NCBI RefSeq assembly: GCF_000143415.4
Contig: NW_003314314.1
Span: forward strand, 377,771 to 441,770
Source of the DNA: Selaginella moellendorffii
Taxonomy: Eukaryota > Plantae > Lycopodiophyta
Direction of reading: 5' to 3'
Length of the DNA stretch: 64,000 bases
This document shows, piece by piece, positions 55,940 to 64,000 of this stretch. Positions within the stretch are counted from its first letter, which is position 1. Each line of letters begins with the position of its first letter. The notes below the pieces were generated by a model. It worked only from the letters and a program-made list of their open reading frames with translations. It was not told where the DNA came from and searched no databases. A program made the position numbers and the translations under genes.

Positions 55940-56024
55940 TGGGGTGAGAGATGCTCGAACTCTCGACCTCAGGATTTCTCAGGAGCTATGAGACCTACGC
56001 GCTGACCAACTGCGCCACCACCTC
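55940..56024 (-). tRNA. intron-containing elongator tRNA-Met(CAT), variant
   Basis: GAGGTGGTGGCGCAGTTGGTCAGCGCGTAGGTCTCATA[GCTCCTGAGAA]ATCCTGAGGTCGAGAGTTCGAGCATCTCTCACCCCA, with an 11-nt intron one base 3' of the anticodon, as in plant elongator tRNA-Met. One mismatch each in the acceptor and T stems. Confidence 0.85.
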
Positions 56025-56330
56025 TTCTAGAAACTTCTTATATAATTATAAGTCAAACCGTGCATTTTATTTTTCATCAGATTCATTGGACGTAAGTTCA
56101 AGCAAGGACGCCTTCCACGCGGGCGAAACTTTAAGCGGAAACCGAGTGGAAAGGACTGGAAATCTTGCGTCGCACGTTACTCGGGTATAAATTCATGACG
56201 TCTCCCCAGTCAGCAGCAGGGCCCTCTTCTCTTCTGCTTCTCCGTCTCTCCGACTCTCGTGGTTATTGGTATCGCTTGTCAAAGAGCTGCGAATCCGTGA
56301 TCTTCTCGATCAAATTCGTAGACAATTAAG

Positions 56331-56744
56331 ATGGCTTGGAAGGTGAGCATTGCGTCTGGCTGATTTCGTTGATTGTTTGATCTCGAGCTCTGCGCTGTAG
56401 GTTGTCTTGAAAGTGGACTCTTGCAACAAATGCAAGGACAAGGTTATGTCTCAGATCTATCACGGCGTCTCCGGTGAGTGTAGATTTCCGCGAATTCTCC
56501 CAAATTTCGATGCTGTGATCGCTGAACAAGAGATCTTCATGCTCTTGCAGGTGTGAAGAAAGTGGAGGTTAAAGATCCCCTTTACACCTTCACAGGTGAT
56601 TTCAAGGTGGACGACATCCTCAAGGCCATCGAGAAGAAACGGAAGTGTATATCTGTGGAATCCGTCCAGGAGATCAAGGTGGAAAAGCCCAAGCCGAAGC
56701 CAAAGGACGATTGCTGCTGCTGCTGCTCCTGCTCCTGCTGCTAG
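56331..56744 (+). CDS. small HMA-domain protein with poly-Cys tail, copy 7 (92 aa)
   Basis: Exons 56331-56342, 56401-56473, 56551-56744: MAWK|VVLKVDSCNKCKDKVMSQIYHGVS|GVKKVEVKDPLY..KDDCCCCCSCSCC*. TATA-like GGGTATAAATT at about 56183. Confidence 0.87.
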
Positions 56745-59362
56745 AATTCCAGACTGATCACTGACGATAAAGAGTTTTGTTGTGGATGAGATGATCGATC
56801 TCTCCTCTCTGTTTTCCTTGTAATCAATTTCGAACGAGTGTTTAACGTAGAGCACCAGATCATTCAGTTTCTTTCACCAAATTTTTGTTGCAATAGGATT
56901 GAGATTGTCGATCTAACATCCGGAGCACGCGAGTGCTACGTTGAAATGGTCCTTCCCATCTTTGCGTTTAAATTTCAAATAAAGCCTGCATGAAGGAATC
57001 ATTGGGGGGAATCATTATCACTTCACAAAAAGTAATGCGAGTTGCTGTAGATTGCTGGCTATAGGCCAGGTAGACGACGTGTGTGAACGTCGTGCTCGTG
57101 TCAAGTCAAGTCCCGTTTCATAAGCATTGACTTTGACATGGACTTCTGAGATATTTCTGTCCAGTGGCAGTACAATGAGTTGTATATATATTTTATGTGA
57201 TTGTATGGATACAAAACCATGTCCATCCCAGATATCCCACTGAAAACAACCTCTAGGCTCCATCAGTGTCCCTATTGTATTAACAGGGAGCTAACCCTAG
57301 GTCAACCATAAAATATTTTTGGAATATTCCTATGCTTCTGCCATTTTAGAATATAAATGAAAATCCTCTATAACCCTGTAGGTTGCAGCACATTGCATTG
57401 CCAAGGAATCTCCATTCTTTGTTGGGTATGGAAGATAATTGATTTCTGAAGAAAGTAGTGTAGCCAGATCAGAAAAATTTAGATCATAAGTAACCAATAA
57501 ACAACTAGCTTAGAAAATTGCTTCTCAAGAAATCTGACAATGTGTAAGAAAGGAAAAGATTCTTTACAGTTAATTAAAAGTTGATCAAGATTGTCTAAAG
57601 GACATTGAAAGGATAAAAATTTTTGAGTGAAGCCACATGTTGATATGCCATTGACAAGGATCTGGAACTGATTTACAAATGCAACACATTTTTAGCGACT
57701 GCAAAAGAATAAGTAACAATTTATTTTCTTGGACTACAGGATGAAAACGGTGCCATGAAAAGAATTAGTAAGATGTCTTTAATACAAGAAATAATTGATG
57801 AGTTTATTCAATAAAGTTAGTAGAAGCTAATTTATTTCATCATTAACCCCTCTTTACCACCCTTTATTATAATTTATAGAATGACAATGCTATTTTTTTG
57901 TATTTATTTATTAAAAATTAATTTATTTTCTATCTTGGCAAAAGAATATATAGTTATGCATTAAGAAAATTAAATTTCTATGATATCTCTAAATAAAATT
58001 ATATAATATAGATTTTTTAGATATAAAGTAACTTTCCTTATTTACCTTACTACATTTCACATTTCACACAATTGTTTTCTGGAAGAATTTGAAACCCTAA
58101 TACTTATTGCAATTGAAACTAAATAAAATTAATTAATAAATTTACTACTTAATATTTTTTATCTTGGTTAAGCAAGTAGTGGATGGATAAACCTAAAAAA
58201 AAATTGATATTATTTAAAATAATCTTGTAATTATAAATTATAATCATATTTATAATTTAAAATAAGCTTTTCTTTAACAATTTTTAGAGGATCTTGTGGT
58301 TGGAGATTGGATGATGCATCATAAAAGGCCTAAATAAGAATATATAAAATTACAAATTATGGACGTGTTACTTTTTTTTGTTTTTTTTACTTATAAAGAT
58401 AAATATCAATATAGATAAATCTTGTTTATTCACTAAAGTTAAATTATAATCACTATAGGAAAAACAATCTAGCTAAATTTAGGCTATAAATTATTTTTAA
58501 AAAAAATATTAAGTAATAATAAAATTATTTATAAGACTGGGTGACAAAAAAATGAATATGACTAACAAGGATGAAGGTTATAATTAACAAAAAATGGAGA
58601 ATGATACGTTAAATAATGCTAAGAATTATTATAAAAAAACTCATTAAAAAAAGAATATCATATAATCATTATATCAAAAAAATTTAAAAACTTGAATAAT
58701 ATGCTTTGATTATTTATTAGTGTGAGGATGGTGAAAGTTGATAGCTTACTTTTGATATAAAGGAAATAAATAAACTAACACCAAAAGGGGAAACAAATTA
58801 AAGCCCACAATCATTAATAATGTTATTTAGCAATCTATAAAGACAAAGGATCTTTTTATAGATAAACTCAACCTCCATCAACTGTTTATCTACATAGCAA
58901 AAAAATGTGTCATTTTGGAAACCATTCAATCATAATAAAGATATTGCTAAATCCTTAAAATGGTAGAAGATCAATAAGGAAATTTATAAAAGTAGATTTC
59001 CAAGCCTCTAAGAGGAAATGATTGGAGAAGACAAATTGAATGATGCTAACGTATTTTGATTCACTAAAACATATTGTTAGTAGAACCAAACTTTCCAATA
59101 TACTTAAACATATTAGGCCATTTGGGACCAATTGCAATATCTTGTAAATGTCAAAGTGCTTTGTTGTAAGAGTGTCATAGCACATTTGGATAACATACAA
59201 CCACATGTCATATAGCTGAGTGAATTAATAAAGAAGTCCATCTTAAAATTGAAAATACTAATGATTGACCAACTTGAAATATTATTTGGCTTCTTATTAG
59301 ATATATTTATTTTTTATTTTGCATTTGATTTAGGTTTAAGCCTAAACTCAATACTATATTAG

Positions 59363-60210
59363 TGTAAACCATAAATTTTTCCTTTCTAATTTGCTAACAC
59401 CTCGTTTATCTAACCACTATGGCCTTAGTCTTAGTTAAGTTCCCTCGCCAAGGTTCACACCTATATTATTAGCTTCTACTTGGTTCTATTTGGTTTCAAC
59501 AACTCATTACACGAGCAATAGGGTGTTAGCCATCCATCCACGAATTCCCAAATTCTCTCCCAGTCCCCTTCCCAAGGTTAAATTGGACTTAAAGTTTGAC
59601 TACAATCTCTATAGGCATAAACAGCCAAGCACACCAAGCCTCCAAATTCTTAACATCTTGGTACAACAAAACTTAATTATATGATTCTCTAAATTCTAAG
59701 CTTTGGGTGCAACACTTGCTTTGGGACACTAGAAGGAAACACTGTGGCATAACGGCCCAATATGGGTACTCTTACTCCCCCACTTCCATCCCGAAGGGAA
59801 GACCCAAGCCCTTATGAAGGGTGAGGATTAATAAGCCACAAAGTATTCAAGTGGGGCACTACTCTATATAAGTTGGAAGCACTGCAGTCGGTTTCCTTTT
59901 TAGGGGTGGGAGCTACTCTTGAGCACGTCTTTGGGTAGCCCCTCCGACACCACCCTAGTCCATGCTCACTCCCACCCAAAGCCCTTCAACCCCAGTTTTA
60001 ACCTCAAGTCAGTTTAGAAGCACTACTAAAGAGTTCTTTCAAAACTGATTTCTGTACCTCATTATCCCTACTATACTTTTGGACCCCCCCCCTGGAGACA
60101 CACGCTTTGGACTCGGTCTTGATTTCGATCTCAGACTCGACCTCGGACTCGTCCTTGGACCCGATCTCGAACTCAATCTTGGACCCGACCTTGGACTCTA
60201 TCTTAGACCC
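59363..60210 (-). mobile_element. decayed LTR of the same chromovirus family (solo or 3' LTR), running into the gap
   Basis: Reverse complement matches the LTR end (..AATTAGAAAGGAAAAATTTATGGTTTACA), internal LTR blocks and the CCGAG tandem array, with many transition changes. No PBS follows its 3' end. Confidence 0.88.
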
Positions 60211-60748
60211 NNNNNNNNNNNNNNNNNNNNNNNNNNNNNNNNNNNNNNNNNNNNNNNNNNNNNNNNNNNNNNNNNNNNNNNNNNNNNNNNNNNNNNNNNN
60301 NNNNNNNNNNNNNNNNNNNNNNNNNNNNNNNNNNNNNNNNNNNNNNNNNNNNNNNNNNNNNNNNNNNNNNNNNNNNNNNNNNNNNNNNNNNNNNNNNNNN
60401 NNNNNNNNNNNNNNNNNNNNNNNNNNNNNNNNNNNNNNNNNNNNNNNNNNNNNNNNNNNNNNNNNNNNNNNNNNNNNNNNNNNNNNNNNNNNNNNNNNNN
60501 NNNNNNNNNNNNNNNNNNNNNNNNNNNNNNNNNNNNNNNNNNNNNNNNNNNNNNNNNNNNNNNNNNNNNNNNNNNNNNNNNNNNNNNNNNNNNNNNNNNN
60601 NNNNNNNNNNNNNNNNNNNNNNNNNNNNNNNNNNNNNNNNNNNNNNNNNNNNNNNNNNNNNNNNNNNNNNNNNNNNNNNNNNNNNNNNNNNNNNNNNNNN
60701 NNNNNNNNNNNNNNNNNNNNNNNNNNNNNNNNNNNNNNNNNNNNNNNN
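60211..60748. other. assembly gap (N run)
   Basis: Run of Ns starting inside the LTR tandem array. Confidence 1.
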
Positions 60749-63700
60749 CTTCATGGTTATTGTGTTGTATAAACTTTTGCTTAGGCTTATAAAAATGGAT
60801 TTGAAATGTACTATTTGTATGAGTTTACTTGGGCTCATGACTGAAGTATATTAACAACTTAAAGTCACATATTAAGTTGGCAAAATTAGTGTTAGCCTTT
60901 TAGTAGTTATCATATAAGCTATTACCATGTTATTATAGGTAAGCCTTGGGTTTGACATGAGTGGCAAATAAACTAATCTATAAGTATATAATATGACACT
61001 AGTTGATCCTTTGATTATGAGTGGATCAAATAAGACTATAGGGATTAGTCTATAATTCAAATAATCATTGCCATATTCTTTCATAAACTCTTCTTATAGG
61101 ATTGAAAGCAGTGTGAATGCAAGTTTAAGGTTTAATTAAAGTTGAGGCCAAAAAGAGAGTCATAATAGACAAAGGATCAAACACATAAATTATTTTTTCT
61201 CTAAAAAATGATTTGCAATAAGATGTGATCTCATTACTTGTGTTTATGTCATCTGATCAAGAGTCTCTACTTCAATACATATTGGTTATAGTGATTTTAC
61301 AAGTGGTGTGCTATAGGATGGATAACAAAGAAGTGTTAAACCATTTTGTTTAGGCTTGTTAATGGAAAGTTAATGTTGCAATGCTTAATTTTTCCCAAGA
61401 AGCCTTACTATTACTCTTTGAGTAGCTTGGTGTTAGATTATTTTTGAGTTTGGTTAGAAAGTAGGTGATATCAATTTATTTATATTGTAAATAAAACTAA
61501 TGGTATTAAGTGTTATAAATATTTATTAGTGGGATGTGGCATTTATGTTTTATTTTATCAATTAAAGTTGTTACTTGATAATATGATAAATCTTTGTAGT
61601 AATATTATGAGCTTACTCATTGTATTGCTCAATTTGATGATCAAATTATTGTGATTCTATATCATATTTTAATGTTCATGAGCAATGTATTTATGAAGTT
61701 ATTTATTCAAACAATAATCAACCCCAAATTGGTTGATAGTGATGTCTACTTGCAAGTAATAACATTGTAATAGCTTTGATTGAGTTTTCAAAGGTGATCC
61801 ATTATACTAAACTAGAGTTAGTACCTTAGTTCCTATTCATTAGGTTTTGAAAAGGTTTTAACATTCATTTATTATACATTGTCAATGAATTTATTAGTAT
61901 TTAAAATAGATTATTGGATAGAGAAGGTGTGTAGTTGAGATGTTAACATCACTAACACTTATGTTAGTGAAAGTTATAGAATTATATTGAGTGAGGAGAA
62001 CTTTTCCTTAGAACTTGATTTTTTATGTTATTTTTCTTGTTAGTGTTTAACTTATACTTGATCTTGAAGGTGATTGAAAAAGAATGTTAGTGAAATATTT
62101 AGTATTTATAATTAAATTTTAGGTATTTATTATGATATTAATGTTGAATATTTAAGCATGTTATTAAATACTTTAGTATTTTATTGGGTCATAAGAATTT
62201 GTGTTAAGGTGAAACTATGTGATGTTGTAAATAAAAAGAAGTTGGTTAAGTCTTAAAAATTTGCATTCTTAATCTAAGAGTCATTCTTTCTTTAGGATAG
62301 AAAATTTTTCACACATTTTTTAGACTTTTCTAATGGTTGATATATTATTTATTTTGCCTAAAAACCATTCTGTTTTTGTAAACTATTACAAACTAGTGAA
62401 AGAGTTGGAATTGACTTCGGTTAGCTTAGACTTTAGTAAATAGTTTATATACTTAAAAGGGATGCTAACTAAGACAATTGAGTTGAATGGAATTTAGAGT
62501 TGAAGTAGAAAAGTGGTTATTACATTTTTTTAAGAAAATGATTTTTATACTTTTCCTCTAAATATTATGCTCAATGGTAAATTGCACTTTGCATTTGGTA
62601 TGAGAATAGTGAGCTCTCATTGATTTTAACTTGGTTTTGGTAGCCCTATGCATTTGGTTGGTTGAGGATAATGATGTGTAACTTAATTATTTGCGGTTGA
62701 GGTGTTAGTACTCGTATTATAATTTTATCCATTAGGAAGTTGTGTACATATATGAGCTAATTTAATAGTCTTCACTTTAGTTTTGCTGAGTGTTGATTAT
62801 TTATAATTAGCCTTTTCAGTTATACTCAAAGTTAAAATCAAGCATCCTCTTATCCCATTTGAAGCTTTGACCATAATCATTTATAAGCTTGGTGATTACT
62901 GAAGCACTTCGAATAAAGCATTGCATTGTTGTTAAAATTTGTAAGAAGCTCACTAAAAACATAAGTTCCATTAAGAAAAGTGCTAATACTCTTGAGCTTT
63001 CCACCATTGATGTGCTTTCCTGGGTCAACCAGCTTTCATCAGACTTAGAGCATCAATTTCAGTCTTTATTCCACTATTTTCTGTAAGCCCCTAACCTTTA
63101 CTCATTCCCATAGTAGCTCATTTGTCTCCTTAAGAACCTTGAGAGCAATAATGTGTAATGTATTGTAAATAGAGGCAAAAAAATCTTGCTGAAATCTTGC
63201 TGATGATGTAGTCAAAATATGACCTTTAACACCAGCAATTGTAGCATCTACAATATTGCCCAATTGCAAACAACAAACCCCTGTAAGCACACTTAGCATC
63301 ATTCATGGTGGATTTAAACATCTTCATATGTGTTCCCCTGTTATTATTCACCACCAACACCTTTGACAAGGAACAACACCACCTTCTACAGAAAAGAGTC
63401 AAATATAAAAATAAGTAAGAACGAAAAAATATTGAGATTGCCAAATGAAAGCTTGAGGAGTTAACATTCAGCTACGTGATCAGTTGTGATAGCATAAACA
63501 AGGCTCCATAGCATACACTAAAATGGCAGTCCAAGAACTTTCATACCATAAAAAACTTCAACTCCCACATAGAAAAACTCCTCAAATTCTGCAATAACAT
63601 GTTCAAAAACAGTATCTAAAGAGTACACACCTTCTAGTTTTATGACATCCTTGCAAATATACAGAACAGACAGTACAAGCTTCTCCACTGCAGCTATTCC

Positions 63701-64000
63701 ACTGGCTCCACCATTAAGCATTGTAATGCATATGAGTTATGCATTTTAGTCCTTGTGCCTGAATCCGGGTTGAAATGAGCTTGGCAGAAAGCAATGTGAA
63801 GGTCTGGCAATGTATTTGCTGCAGTTTGGACAACAAGCTGGCAGCTCCCAGCTTTTCTTCTCATTGAAAACGTTTTTATACTCTTGGAACTTCGCACTAT
63901 ACCAGATTTCACAAATTGTTGTTGAAACTTGATTGTTGTCTCTCAGTATAATAATAATAATAATAGTAATATATAATTCACACCTTCCTTAGTTCACCAC

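Larger units (their letters stand above)
46190..57180. repeat. complex segmental duplication array: three direct units (about 46.2-48.8, 48.8-53.6, 53.6-55.75 kb) and one inverted unit (about 56.2-57.2 kb)
   Basis: Shared blocks recur in every unit (HMA gene, 5' leader GACGTCTCCCCAGTCAGCAGCAGGGCCC, 3' flank CATTTCAACGTAGCACTCGC). The three direct units also carry pectate lyase/NTH1 pieces. Confidence 0.85.

Noticed and set aside
60079-60838. Long ORFs spanning the N run
   Set aside because: Artefacts of the assembly gap.
62800-63930. Short minus-strand ORFs that look like a decayed gene or transposase
   Set aside because: No motif could be identified with confidence and the frames are broken.

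Overview
Gene-dense plant nuclear DNA with very short introns (mostly about 45-110 nt). The style suggests a lycophyte such as Selaginella, which is an inference. The left half (1-27 kb) holds tRNA-Gln, a frameshifted 2OG-Fe(II) dioxygenase, a TRF-like MYB, a polygalacturonase, two peroxisomal (PTS1) 4CL-like acyl-activating enzymes and RPN11. It also has a double-headed Bowman-Birk inhibitor, an AT-rich chimeric bulb-type lectin, three divergent small HMA-domain genes with Cys-rich tails, an RNF170-like RING gene, a BTB-MATH pseudogene and SEC23. At 28.5-36.0 kb a complete Ty3/gypsy chromovirus (two LTRs, CATAG TSD, PBS, PPT) is nested in an older gag-protease element. Its integrase is split by two clean GT-AG intron-like insertions whose removal restores conserved motifs. 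At 41-45 kb are a pectate lyase and NTH1. The 46-57 kb stretch is a tandem/inverted array with four more HMA/poly-Cys genes, scrambled pectate lyase and NTH1 fragments, and an intron-containing tRNA-Met. The right end has a decayed LTR, an assembly gap and AT-rich relic DNA. Top candidates for novelty are the intron-bearing chromovirus and the seven-member HMA + poly-Cys-tail family.
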